A stretch of DNA of 64,000 nt. It comes from an uncultured Pseudomonadota bacterium. Lineage in GTDB: Bacteria > Oederibacteriota > Muellerivitia > Muellerivitales > Muellerivitaceae. Shown here piece by piece: positions 8,531 to 17,796 of this stretch. The stretch is taken from positions 1,376,001 through 1,440,000 of the forward strand of contig CAWIIP010000002.1 of NCBI GenBank assembly GCA_963836235.1. The letters are read 5' to 3'. The notes beneath the pieces were generated by a model, which searched no databases, was not told the origin of the DNA, and worked only from the letters and a program-made list of their open reading frames with translations. Numbering within the stretch: position 1 is the first letter of the stretch; the number at the start of each line of letters is the position of its first letter. Both the position numbers and the translations under genes were made by a program.

Positions 8531-9833
8531 CGAATTTTCCCGTCAGTTTTCGGTATCGGTGGTAAACCCCGCTGGTTTTCTTCCAAAGATCAAGAATAGA
8601 AGTATTGGGAAACATATGGACCCTTCGGATTTCCATCAGATCCTCGCCAAAGCGGGTGAAACGCCCCTTGACGGCGATCCCGAAGCTATATCCTGCCTCC
8701 TTCGTCATCTTCTTGATCTCCTCGTTGAAGAGGCCGTAAGGATAGGCGAAGGAAATGACGGGTTTACCCAAAAGCTTCTCAATAGATTTTTTGGAGCCCT
8801 CTATTTCTTTGCGGGCCTCTTCCGGCTTCAAAAGAGTAAGGCGGGCATGGTTCAGCGAATGGGCCCCGAATTCCACTAGGCCGCTTTGGGACATCTCTTG
8901 AATCTGCTTTTCCTTAAGAAGTGCCGCTTCCGGCTCGCCTTGGGGAATATCCCAAAAATTGTTCCGGTGCTTCCGATTACCCAGGATGTAAACCACCGCT
9001 TTCATTTGGTATTGGCGAAGCAGTGGGAGCAGCTGGCTATAACTGTCCTCGTAACCATCGTCAAAGGTGAGCAGGACGGGCTTTGGCGGCACCCGGCGCG
9101 TCATGAGTCCCTCGAAAGTAATGGGCTCAAAGCCCCGAACCTTGAGGAACTGGAAATGTTTCTCCAAATTCTTTCGGGTAATGTAGATATTGTATTTGGA
9201 GGAGGCGGGAGCCTTTTCCGCCACCCGGTGGTACATCAAAACGGGGATTTCATGCGAAGCGCCCAGGTTCTTTTCCAGTATCACCCGCCGGTAAAATTCA
9301 TCCGTCGCGGGATAGATTCTTTTCATGTCGTACTCGGAACGAACCAACTGAAGGCCGGTCTTGGCCGTCCGGTCCCTTTTTGTCCGGCTCTTCAAAAGTT
9401 GGAGGATATCCTTCGCCGTTTGGTCCCAGTCGAAAACTTCTTTCTCCCAACAATCCCCAAAATTGGTTTTTTTGGCCTTCTCGATATTCTCGGGAAGGAG
9501 GGGTCCCACATATACGCGTTCCCCGATGGCTACCACGGGACGCTGGAGAGCCATGGCCTCCAATGCCACCCGGCCAGCGCCGATGACCAAATCCCCCTTC
9601 TCGTAGAAAGATTTCAGGTCTTTTTGGTGGCCCTCAAAATGGACCGTCGGGAGGCGTTTTTCCAACTGCCGGTGTTCATCCGTAACCGGCCCCCCCACGA
9701 CCTGGAACCGGACATGGGGGATGGTTTGGGCGACGGCCGGGGCCACCGCCCGCAAAAAGGTCAGCAAGACCTCGTTCTTCGGCCCCGAAAGCCGGCCCAC
9801 GATGAGGACGGTAGGATTAGATCTCGACGCCAT
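8520..9833 (-). CDS. GT4 C-terminal half fused to a polysaccharide deacetylase (CE4) domain
   Basis: IVGRL and GAGRVALEAMA, then VLMYHRV, LTFDDGY, GAHSLNH and FAYPYG. The ATG at 9833 overlaps the end of the upstream ORF. Confidence 0.85.
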   Translation of the reverse strand: MASRSNPTVLIVGRLSGPKNEVLLTFLRAVAPAVAQTIPHVRFQVVGGPVTDEHRQLEKRLPTVHFEGHQKDLKSFYEKGDLVIGAGRVALEAMALQRPVVAIGERVYVGPLLPENIEKAKKTNFGDCWEKEVFDWDQTAKDILQLLKSRTKRDRTAKTGLQLVRSEYDMKRIYPATDEFYRRVILEKNLGASHEIPVLMYHRVAEKAPASSKYNIYITRKNLEKHFQFLKVRGFEPITFEGLMTRRVPPKPVLLTFDDGYEDSYSQLLPLLRQYQMKAVVYILGNRKHRNNFWDIPQGEPEAALLKEKQIQEMSQSGLVEFGAHSLNHARLTLLKPEEARKEIEGSKKSIEKLLGKPVISFAYPYGLFNEEIKKMTKEAGYSFGIAVKGRFTRFGEDLMEIRRVHMFPNTSILDLWKKTSGVYHRYRKLTGKFDAD

Positions 9834-10293
9834 TACGGATGACCACCAGTTGATCCGGTTGGAAAACCGAAGTTTCATTCAGCATTTGTTCGCGGATATT
9901 CTCGCAAACCGTGATGACGCGGGGGCCGTACACGTTATGGTGGCGGTTGGACAGGTGAAGGTGTTGGCGCCCATGCAGGGTGGACAAATAAGCGGTTTGG
10001 GTGAAACGGCAGGCCCAATGGCAAACCCAGCTGGCAGCCCGGGAATGGGCGTGGACGATGTCTATTTTCTCCCGGCGGATGATTTGAATAAGCTTCTTTA
10101 TATTGAGGAACCGTTGGAAAAATCCCCGGTCGTAAATGGGAACCTGGAGCACACGGGCCTGGGTAGGCTGGCTGAAGCTTCCGGCGGCAATGAAGACGCT
10201 ATGTCCCGCCTCGGTTTGCCTCTGGATCAAGGCGGCAGTGGAAGTTTCCGACCCGGCCACGAAGTCCCCACTTAAGACATGCAAGATATTCAC
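9817..10293 (-). CDS. GT4 glycosyltransferase N-terminal domain
   Basis: MNILHVLS, DIVHAHSR, STLHG and VIRNG motifs; ends at the domain boundary. Confidence 0.85.
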   Translation of the reverse strand: MNILHVLSGDFVAGSETSTAALIQRQTEAGHSVFIAAGSFSQPTQARVLQVPIYDRGFFQRFLNIKKLIQIIRREKIDIVHAHSRAASWVCHWACRFTQTAYLSTLHGRQHLHLSNRHHNVYGPRVITVCENIREQMLNETSVFQPDQLVVIRNGVEI

Positions 10294-10434
10294 TACGAAT
10301 TTTCCTTACCTAAATTTAACTTCATCGTTCCCTGACCGTCCTGCGCTTTCAACAAAATTGTCTTCTACGTGCTATTCATGCCTACAAAAAACCCCCAAAA
10401 GAGGCCCTCATCCCTTTGATCTGCGCTCTGGGGA

Positions 10435-10450
10435 TGGCACTTCTCTTGCT
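10435..10450 (+). promoter_or_regulatory. Sigma54 (-24/-12) promoter
   Basis: TGGCACTTCTCTTGCT is GG-N10-GC and near-consensus, 40 bp upstream of the methyltransferase start. Confidence 0.7.
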
Positions 10451-10489
10451 CTTCTATTCCCCTTAAGTGTTGTTGGAAAGGAAAGGTCC

Positions 10490-11152
10490 ATGGAAGTCAC
10501 CCGCATTCTCGTACAAATCAAAGCTGAAGAATACTTTAAAAAAAAGGACCCCTTAGGATGGTTTGAGGCCGTTTACGCTGAGGCAAACGGGGATGAATTG
10601 GCCATTCCTTGGGCCCATCTGGCGGCCAATCCTCATCTGGTCGAATGGCTGGAAAGAAATCCGCAGTCACCGGGGAAAAAAGCTCTCGTCGTGGGCTGTG
10701 GCTTGGGGGATGACGCCGAGGAACTTTCTCGCCGAGGCCTTTCCGTGACCGCCTTCGATATTTCTCCCACCGCCATCGCCTGGTGTAAAAGGCGCTTTCC
10801 TCTTTCCAAGGTCCGGTACGAGATTTTGGATCTTTACCAAGCACCCCCCGGCTGGACCCGTTACTTTGATTTCGTTTTCGAGGCCTATACCCTCCAGTCG
10901 CTCCAGTCCCCCTTGAGGGAGGAGGCCATTGGCTGTCTGGCCCGTTTTATCAACCCTCAAGGAAAACTTTTGGTGATTTGCCGGGGCAAGGAGCCTAACG
11001 AGTTACCCGAAGGGCCGCCCTGGCCCCTGACCAAAAATGACTTGGCTTATTTTCTTCAGGCGGATTTAAAGTGCGTTTCGTTTGAGGATTTCATGGATGA
11101 GGAAGACCCGCCTGTCCGGCGTTTCCGGGCTTTATACCGTTTATCATCTTAG
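10490..11152 (+). CDS. Class I SAM-dependent methyltransferase (TPMT-like)
   Basis: ALVVGCGLGDDA and TAFDISPTAI motifs, GPPW. Start at MEVTRI with an RBS. Confidence 0.88.
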   Translation: MEVTRILVQIKAEEYFKKKDPLGWFEAVYAEANGDELAIPWAHLAANPHLVEWLERNPQSPGKKALVVGCGLGDDAEELSRRGLSVTAFDISPTAIAWCKRRFPLSKVRYEILDLYQAPPGWTRYFDFVFEAYTLQSLQSPLREEAIGCLARFINPQGKLLVICRGKEPNELPEGPPWPLTKNDLAYFLQADLKCVSFEDFMDEEDPPVRRFRALYRLSS

Positions 11153-11246
11153 AAAACATGAGGCGTTGGCCTGATTTTAGTTGATCCATGATCATAAATT
11201 CTTTAGACAAGTTTGAAATATAGAATCTTTGCGTTATGGTAATCTC

Positions 11247-11654
11247 ATGGTCTTTATTGTTTTAGTCATGTCCCTGATGGTTGGTTTTGTTTCCGCTGCC
11301 ATCGCCCTTTACGGCCGCTACCGAACATTGCCGTCTTTTTTAACCGGTCCAAACATCTGCCGCTTGGAGGCGGGCGGCTGCCAGGTGCTTTTCCGCACTC
11401 CCAACGCCGCCCTCCTCGGCGTACCCAACTCGGCCCTCGGCGTTCTTTACTACCCACTGTTGGGCGCGGGCCTTTTTTTCCATTGGCCCCGGGAAATTCT
11501 TTTCGGGGCCGCGACCTTCGCGTTTTTAATGACCTTGTGGCTGGCTTGGGTTCTCATCCGGGACAAACTGGAATGCCGGGTCTGCTGGACGGGCCATCTC
11601 TGCAACAGCCTCATTTGGCTGATGCTTCTAGGCCGCCTAATGGATGGCGTTTAA
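11247..11654 (+). CDS. Vitamin K epoxide reductase (VKOR) family membrane protein
   Basis: Loop cysteines C-x6-C, GVPNSALG and the C-terminal redox CRVC motif. Confidence 0.85.
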   Translation: MVFIVLVMSLMVGFVSAAIALYGRYRTLPSFLTGPNICRLEAGGCQVLFRTPNAALLGVPNSALGVLYYPLLGAGLFFHWPREILFGAATFAFLMTLWLAWVLIRDKLECRVCWTGHLCNSLIWLMLLGRLMDGV

Positions 11655-11703
11655 AACCCTGAACCCTTGAATAAAAACCGAGAATCCAGGGAAAGAAACC
11701 GGG

Positions 11704-12132
11704 TTATAACACCAGCTTGAGTAATTCTTTTCCCAACTTTCTTTTGGGGGGATCCGGGGGTGGCAAAACCGGTTGCTTCATGCTTTCCCGGATGGCGGTC
11801 AAGCTGTCGGGGTAATGGTCCATGATGTTCTGAAATTCCAGGAGCTCAAAGGCGTAGTAAATCTCCGTATTCATTCCGGTCAGGAGAAATTGCCCTCCCA
11901 GGTCATGAATGCGTTTATAGGCGATCAGAAACAGGCTCCAACCACTGCTGCTCACGTAGCTCGTCTCGGTCAAGTCGAAGAGGACTCTTTTTCCCCGGCA
12001 GGAGGCGAAAATAGAATCCAGGTTTTTTTCGACTTGGTTCAAGGTGCTGATATTGATGTCCCCCTTGATCCGAAGGGTGATGAAATCCGGATACTGGTTG
12101 TTGTAGACGATATCGGCTGAAAACTTTCGCAT
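11704..12132 (-). CDS. STAS-domain anti-sigma factor antagonist
   Basis: LRIKGDI and VLFDL..TSYVSSSG motifs. Start at MRKFSAD after a GGGGG RBS. Confidence 0.85.
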   Translation of the reverse strand: MRKFSADIVYNNQYPDFITLRIKGDINISTLNQVEKNLDSIFASCRGKRVLFDLTETSYVSSSGWSLFLIAYKRIHDLGGQFLLTGMNTEIYYAFELLEFQNIMDHYPDSLTAIRESMKQPVLPPPDPPKRKLGKELLKLVL

Positions 12133-12369
12133 AAGTCCCCCTTGGCTTGGGCTCCGTGGAAACTTTAAAATTTCCACTCGGACCCTTTGATGAGGGCACA
12201 TTGTGGTCGGGAAGGGGAATTTGGTCTTATACCTTTGGTATATTTTCGAGGAAATATTTTCGCGCCCGAAAAACGTTATCCATTCGAGCTTGAAACAGGC
12301 AAAGAGGAGATGTTTCAAATCAAATAGGGATGGCTCGGTTCAAAAGGGATCGAGCGCGAAAGACTTGGT

Positions 12370-13368
12370 TTAGCTTGCGGCCCCGGAGGTTGAAGCGGGC
12401 CATAGTTCTTCGGGATGGTCCCTTAGGTTCTTCAGCAGGTAACGGCGGCGCTGCTTCATTTTTCCACTTTCCTGGTTTTCCGTTGAGGCTTCCACGAGAA
12501 TCTCTGCGTCCACCCTCTCGACCTTGTCGTAGATCCCCTGCCAGCGCTTCTTTACCGTGATGAGGGATATTCCAAGGGCTTGCGCGATTTCCTCGTCCGT
12601 CTCGCCTAAAAGGGCTCTTCGGAGGATTTCCTGTTCCGGGGGCTGGAAGTTAAATCGGGGCGACCCCAAAAGGGCGATGGCCGCGGCGGCGGTTCCGGGT
12701 TTTTTGCGGGCCGCCTCGGCGGTCACTCCCATCAAATAAGGATGGCTCTTTTGCATGGTCGAAGGGAGATACTTGGTGCCGAGGAATTCCTTATAGTCGC
12801 GATAGGTATCGCAACCCAGGTTGGTGATGATGTCCCTTTCCTCGACCTCGTAGACTTCCTCGGCGAATTCCTTGACCCGGTAACCGCTCACCAGGGTCAA
12901 GAAAGCCTGGGTGCAGAACTGGCGGATCTTGATGAAGTTTTCCAGGTTGTACCTTTGGAAATCCCAGCCGTAATGCAACGCCACCACGTTGAGACCGGAA
13001 CCGGTCTGGGCCTTGGGAACTTCTTCTTTTTTGAGAAAGGGCCGGATGCCTCTTTTCCATTTCTCGAGGACACGCAAATGAAGAAATGGCGGGAGGGTGC
13101 TTTTGGCTTCCTCCATGAAACGGTCGGTGGCGAAAAGGCTGATCCCAAAGCCGACATGCCGTTTGTCCGCCGGCTGGTCCCGGTCTTCGATGACCTGTGA
13201 GATGCAGCATCCTTCCTCAATCAGGGTTTTCCAGAGGGAAAGGACGTCCTTCTTGAGGGCTTCTTCATAATGAAAGCGGTCACGAATAAAGGGATAACAG
13301 GCTTCCAAGTCGCTGAGTTCGGTTAAGCGGTAATTCAGGTACATTTTATCCTCGTTCCATGCCGTCAA
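12370..13368 (-). CDS. Transcriptional regulator with C-terminal LuxR-type HTH and an unassigned N-terminal domain
   Basis: EQEILRRALLGETDEEIAQALGISLITVKKRWQGIYDKV. Confidence 0.75.
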   Translation of the reverse strand: MTAWNEDKMYLNYRLTELSDLEACYPFIRDRFHYEEALKKDVLSLWKTLIEEGCCISQVIEDRDQPADKRHVGFGISLFATDRFMEEAKSTLPPFLHLRVLEKWKRGIRPFLKKEEVPKAQTGSGLNVVALHYGWDFQRYNLENFIKIRQFCTQAFLTLVSGYRVKEFAEEVYEVEERDIITNLGCDTYRDYKEFLGTKYLPSTMQKSHPYLMGVTAEAARKKPGTAAAAIALLGSPRFNFQPPEQEILRRALLGETDEEIAQALGISLITVKKRWQGIYDKVERVDAEILVEASTENQESGKMKQRRRYLLKNLRDHPEELWPASTSGAAS

Positions 13369-13492
13369 GCTCGGAATAGGGATGATTTTATCCAGAGGGC
13401 TACCCGAATTTCAAGCGAGGTTCTTGTCCTAACCAAGACAAAAGACGGGCTAAAAAATTTTTGGGATTGGCTCGCAAAACTTCAGGCAAAAT

Positions 13493-13525
13493 AAAAAGCC
13501 CCGGCCAAAAGGCCGGGGCTTTTTT
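13493..13525. terminator. Rho-independent terminator downstream of degP
   Basis: AAAAAGCCCCGGCC-AAAA-GGCCGGGGCTTTTT. Confidence 0.9.
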
Positions 13526-13565
13526 ATCCTAGTTCAAAATGAAAAACCCATCATTAAAATCGTTC

Positions 13566-15116
13566 TTACTCGTCTCCCGTTTGCAGGATAGTGAAGGAGG
13601 TTCCACCGTCGCGCCAAAGATAAATGCGCACACCAGCCTTGAGGTCGCTCTTTTTCAAGACAACCGCCAGTTGGTTGGCCGAATAAATGGCGGTGTCGCC
13701 CACCTTCAAAATAATATCGCCCGGTTGTAACCCAGCCTGGGCCGCGGGGCTTTGTTGGATGACATTGGTCACGACCGGCCCTTTAGGGGCCCCCTTCGGG
13801 AGCTGGCTTTGAATGTCGGGCGTTTGGTCTTGGTAGGCCAATCCCAGGCTGTCGCTTTGTCCCAGGGTACCGCCGCCATTTTCATCGTTACCCTCGGAAG
13901 GAGAATTCGGCTTCATGGCGGCCTCATCCAATTTTTGAAGGGTAACCGGCAGGGTGCTTTGGGTTCCGTTTCTGAGAATGGTCACGTTCACCGTATCGCC
14001 CGGTTGACGGGTGTAAAGCTTGGCGACCAAATCTCCCTCGTCCGTGACTTTTTCGGCGTCGATTTCCAGCACGATATCCCCCGCCTTCAGTCCGGCCTTT
14101 TCCGCCGCGCTTCCCGGATTGACGCCGGCCAGTAACGCTCCTTCGGTCGTGGCGAGCCCGAAGCTTTCGGCCATCTTGGGGGTGAGGCCCTGCACAATGG
14201 CGCCCAAGCCCGCGCGCACGACTTTCCCTTCGTTCACCAGGTCCTCAGCGGCCTTGCGCGCGATGTTGGCGGGAATGGCGAACCCGATCCCAACCGACCC
14301 CCCCGACTGGGTATAGATGGCCACATTGATGCCGATCACCCGGCCCTCGATATCGCAAAGCGGTCCACCCGAATTGCCGGGGTTGATGGAAGCGTCGGTT
14401 TGGATATAACTTTCATATCCTCCAGCCTGGTTGATCTCCGTGTCTCCAATATGGCTGCGGCCCTTAGCGGAAACGACCCCGGTTGTCACCGTATGATCCA
14501 GGGCAAAAGGATTGCCGATGGCGATAGCCCATTGGCCCACTTTGATGGCATCCGAATCGCCCAAAAACGCGATGGGGAATGTTTTTTTTCCGTCGGTGAT
14601 CTTGATGACCGCGATATCCACTTTTTCATCCTTGCCCACAATCTTTGCCGGATAGGTGGTGCCGTCTTCCATGGTGACGGTGACTTTTTCCGCTTTCGCC
14701 ACCACATGAGCGTTGGTCACGATGTATCCATCGGAGGTTACGATGAACCCCGACCCCAAAGCGCCTTGCTTTCGTTTGAATTGCGGGTGCTGCTGGCCGC
14801 CTCGCGGACCGTTAAACCAGAAATTGAAAAAATCATTCATGTTGCCGAGATCGTTGAGGCCCCGAAGGTCCTCGGTCCATTCCGAACTGATATTGACCAC
14901 TGCCGGACTGACCTTGGCGGCGACATCAATGAAGGCGTTTTGAAGGGCGACGGCCGCGCTATTAGCCGCAGTGGCGGGAGGGGCTTCGGTGGGCAGTTTC
15001 AATGTGGCCGCTTCGGCCAAGGCCGGCGCGAGGCCGGAAAACAAGAGAGCGGCCAAGGCCAAAGACCGGGCGGCTAACAACCATCCTTTACGAATTTTAT
15101 TTTTGATGTGTTTCAT
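13566..15116 (-). CDS. degP: Periplasmic serine protease Do/DegP (HtrA) with two PDZ domains
   Basis: Signal peptide, TNAHVV, DIAVIK, QTDASINPGNSGG and two PDZ domains. Confidence 0.93.
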   Translation of the reverse strand: MKHIKNKIRKGWLLAARSLALAALLFSGLAPALAEAATLKLPTEAPPATAANSAAVALQNAFIDVAAKVSPAVVNISSEWTEDLRGLNDLGNMNDFFNFWFNGPRGGQQHPQFKRKQGALGSGFIVTSDGYIVTNAHVVAKAEKVTVTMEDGTTYPAKIVGKDEKVDIAVIKITDGKKTFPIAFLGDSDAIKVGQWAIAIGNPFALDHTVTTGVVSAKGRSHIGDTEINQAGGYESYIQTDASINPGNSGGPLCDIEGRVIGINVAIYTQSGGSVGIGFAIPANIARKAAEDLVNEGKVVRAGLGAIVQGLTPKMAESFGLATTEGALLAGVNPGSAAEKAGLKAGDIVLEIDAEKVTDEGDLVAKLYTRQPGDTVNVTILRNGTQSTLPVTLQKLDEAAMKPNSPSEGNDENGGGTLGQSDSLGLAYQDQTPDIQSQLPKGAPKGPVVTNVIQQSPAAQAGLQPGDIILKVGDTAIYSANQLAVVLKKSDLKAGVRIYLWRDGGTSFTILQTGDE

Positions 15117-15148
15117 TTTCGTTCCCCTAAATTAATATTAATAAAGAC

Positions 15149-15466
15149 TCAAACCTCATGCTGTCCATGATGGTTTGGCAAATGCATTTTCCTGCCCTTC
15201 AACATCTGGTCGATTTCCGGATGCTGGTGCGACAAGGTTATGACGATCTTCACGCCCGATAAGTTCACCCCGCAGGTTTTGACGAGGTAGTTAATGCATT
15301 CGAGCCGTTCGATGTCGTTTTGCGAATAGAGCCTGGTTTTCCGGATAGTGCGGCAGGGGGAGATAAGTCCCAACCGCTCATACTGCCGGATGGTCTGCTC
15401 GTGCAGGCTCAAAAGCTGGGCCACGACACTGATGGTATAAACCGGGTGGGTCGGATGCACTTCCAT
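15149..15466 (-). CDS. hspR: MerR-family heat-shock repressor HspR
   Basis: PVYTISVVAQLLSLHEQTIRQYERLGLI.P.RT..TRLYS..DIERL and GVNL.GV signature. Confidence 0.82.
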   Translation of the reverse strand: MEVHPTHPVYTISVVAQLLSLHEQTIRQYERLGLISPCRTIRKTRLYSQNDIERLECINYLVKTCGVNLSGVKIVITLSHQHPEIDQMLKGRKMHLPNHHGQHEV

Positions 15467-15541
15467 TTTTTTCCTTACTTGCCGTCGGACGGCCGCCGAC
15501 CGCCGGGTTTAGGCGGTGAACGGCCGGAACGGTTCTCGCTT

Positions 15542-16393
15542 TTAAGCGACGTGATCCTTCAACAACTCGGCTTCTTTCGAGCCACGGATTTTCTTCATGG
15601 CCCTTTCCTCAATCTGGCGCACCCTCTCCTTGGAAATCCGCAGGCGCTTGCCGATCTCATCCAAGGTTTGGCCGCCACGGCCGTCCAGGCCGTAACGCCA
15701 GGTAAGGATTTTACCATCCCTTTGGTCCAGCGCCTTCAGGGCCAGTTGAAGTTTTTCCGTCAGGTCCTTGTCCATCATATCCTTCTCGAACTTTTCCGTG
15801 TCTTTGGGATTGCTCAAGAAATCCACGATGGGCTTTTCACTGTCCCCCACGCGGGTAGTATCCAGGCTTAGGTAGCCATAGGAGAATTGCTGAACCTCGT
15901 TCAGGGTCTCTCGGCTGATATCAGCCTTTTTCATCACTTCCTCGTCGCTGACCGGACCCCCGGCTTTAAGCTGAAGGGCCTGAACCTGTTTGTTGATCTT
16001 GCGGATCTTTTTGGTTTGGCTCTGAGGAATCCGCACCATGGCGCCTTTATCCAAGATAGCGGCCAGAATGGACTGGCGAATCCACCAAACGGCATAGGAG
16101 ACAAACCGGACTCCCCGTTCCGGGTCAAAGGTCCGGGCGGCTTTCATCAGCCCCAGGTTCCCTTCGTTGATCAAGTCGAGGAACGACAGTCCCCGGTTGC
16201 GGTAGCCCTTGGCGATGGAAACCACGAATCGCAGGTTGGATTCCACCAGGCGGTTCAAAGCTCCTTCCTCGCCCTTTTGGACGAGGCGGCTGAGGGTCTT
16301 CTCTTCCGGGGGAGTTAAAAGGGGAATACGGGCGATTTCTTTTAGGTACGTCCCCACTGATTTTTCTTCACTGAAGAATGGCATCTTTTCCAT
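15542..16393 (-). CDS. RNA polymerase sigma factor, RpoD/SigA family, lacking region 1.1 (283 aa)
   Basis: Region 1.2 YLKEIARIPLL; region 2 NLRFVVSIAK, DLINEGNLGL and SYAVWWIRQ; region 4 TLDEIG..SKERVRQIE. Confidence 0.93.
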   Translation of the reverse strand: MEKMPFFSEEKSVGTYLKEIARIPLLTPPEEKTLSRLVQKGEEGALNRLVESNLRFVVSIAKGYRNRGLSFLDLINEGNLGLMKAARTFDPERGVRFVSYAVWWIRQSILAAILDKGAMVRIPQSQTKKIRKINKQVQALQLKAGGPVSDEEVMKKADISRETLNEVQQFSYGYLSLDTTRVGDSEKPIVDFLSNPKDTEKFEKDMMDKDLTEKLQLALKALDQRDGKILTWRYGLDGRGGQTLDEIGKRLRISKERVRQIEERAMKKIRGSKEAELLKDHVA

Positions 16394-16464
16394 GACGGTC
16401 TCCTTTGTTGACCTTTAGAAACTATTATCCTAAATTCCTATATAATCTTTATTTAATAAAACAG

Positions 16465-16493
16465 ATTATATGAGTCGATATATGTCAAGTAAA
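16465..16493 (-). promoter_or_regulatory. Sigma70 promoter overlapped by a HAIR-like HspR operator
   Basis: Minus strand reads TTTACT-N17-TATAAT. CTTGACA-N7-ACTCATA (16469-16489) compares with HAIR consensus CTTGAGT-N7-ACTCAAG. Confidence 0.7.
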
Positions 16494-16579
16494 ACCAAAA
16501 AGTTACTAATAACCTGATTTTAATAAAAGTGGGCTTTTTATTGGGGTTTAGGGCTATTTTTTAGATAAAGGAAATGGGC

Positions 16580-17650
16580 TTAAGGTGTCTTGGAATGCTT
16601 GACGGCCCCTTCAATAGCCTCTTCGGACTTCAGAAAGGCTCTCATGGTCGGCAGGTAAAGCATCGTCGAAACCGCCATCGGCAGGAGGAAGAAAACCAAA
16701 CGGAATAAAAGGGCCGCCACCAGCGTCGGCTCAAAGCCCACCCCTAATAATTTAAAGGTTCCCGCTAGGGCAACCTCGCTGATCCCTAAGCCCGCCGGAA
16801 CCGGGTTGATGGTGGAGGTCAAAAACATCACCGTAAAACCCAACATGAGCAGCCCCGGCGGCATGGAAACCCCCACCGCCCGGAAACAAAAGAAAAGGGT
16901 CATGGCGGTGAAGAACCAATCCATGGATACCCAGAAAAAAACCCCTAAAAGCCGGACCATGTCGCGGTGGAGGAATTGGATGGTTTTTTCCAGGTTATCG
17001 CGGATCTCCACCAGCCTTTGATGGCTCGTGTTTTTCTTCAGGAAAGTACGCCCCAGCCAATCCCCTAATTGAATCATTACTTTCAAGAACCACTTTCGAA
17101 GCATTCCATGAAAGAAAAGAAGAAGCATTCCCGCCACCAGGGCGATCAACCCCAGCATGAAGAGCAGGACCAGGACTTCCCGGGAACCGCCCACGAATTC
17201 CGGGTGTTCCCTCAAGAAAATGAGGCCCCCAAAGGAAACGCAAACCAGGACCAGGTTAAAGACCATGTTTTGGGCGAAAGAGATGGGAACCGTAACGGAA
17301 TAAGGGATTTTTTCATGTTTCAAAAGAAAGGCCCGGATGGCAATGCCGGCCCATCCTCCCGAGGAAACAATGAAATTGATCGTATAGGAGATAAACATAA
17401 TGGAGAAAAACCGGGTGAAAGGAACCCGGTGGGGAGTCATTTGAAAAAGGCCCCTGAAGGAAAGGGCGAAGGACAGGTAGGCCGTGGCCGTGCATAGAAG
17501 GGCGAATAATAATTGGAGGAACTGAATTTGGTGGACCGACTCCAAAAGCTTGGGGATATCGGTGAAAAAGGCCATGACCAACGCGAGAACCATGAACCCC
17601 ACGATAAAAAGCGAGAGGATCACCAGGATTTTACGGTTAGGCTGGCTCAT
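16580..17650 (-). CDS. Lysylphosphatidylglycerol synthase TM-domain / flippase-like membrane protein
   Basis: Multi-TM protein with PAGLGISE and AALLFRLV motifs. Confidence 0.85.
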   Translation of the reverse strand: MSQPNRKILVILSLFIVGFMVLALVMAFFTDIPKLLESVHQIQFLQLLFALLCTATAYLSFALSFRGLFQMTPHRVPFTRFFSIMFISYTINFIVSSGGWAGIAIRAFLLKHEKIPYSVTVPISFAQNMVFNLVLVCVSFGGLIFLREHPEFVGGSREVLVLLFMLGLIALVAGMLLLFFHGMLRKWFLKVMIQLGDWLGRTFLKKNTSHQRLVEIRDNLEKTIQFLHRDMVRLLGVFFWVSMDWFFTAMTLFFCFRAVGVSMPPGLLMLGFTVMFLTSTINPVPAGLGISEVALAGTFKLLGVGFEPTLVAALLFRLVFFLLPMAVSTMLYLPTMRAFLKSEEAIEGAVKHSKTP

Positions 17651-17671
17651 TCAAAAATCCTTAAAATCGGA

Positions 17672-17776
17672 TTTTTGAGTTCGAAGTTCTAAGTTTTGAG
17701 TTTTGAGTCCCGGTTAATTTGAATTAAAGGTTCAAATTTCCCTAACTTAAAACTTAAAACTCAAAACTTAAAACTC
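17672..17776. repeat. Inverted arrays of heptamer repeats (TTTTGAG / AACTTAA)
   Basis: Left arm TTTTGAG TTCGAAG TTCTAAG TTTTGAG TTTTGAG; right arm AACTTAA AACTTAA AACTCAA AACTTAA. Confidence 0.8.
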
Positions 17777-17796
17777 TTTTCTGTACAATATCGCCC

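Noticed and set aside
16483-16488. TTGACA as the -35 of the sigma-hspR-degP promoter
   Set aside because: It is only 12 nt from TATAAT. TTTACT gives 17-nt spacing, and TTGACA fits better as half of the HAIR-like operator.
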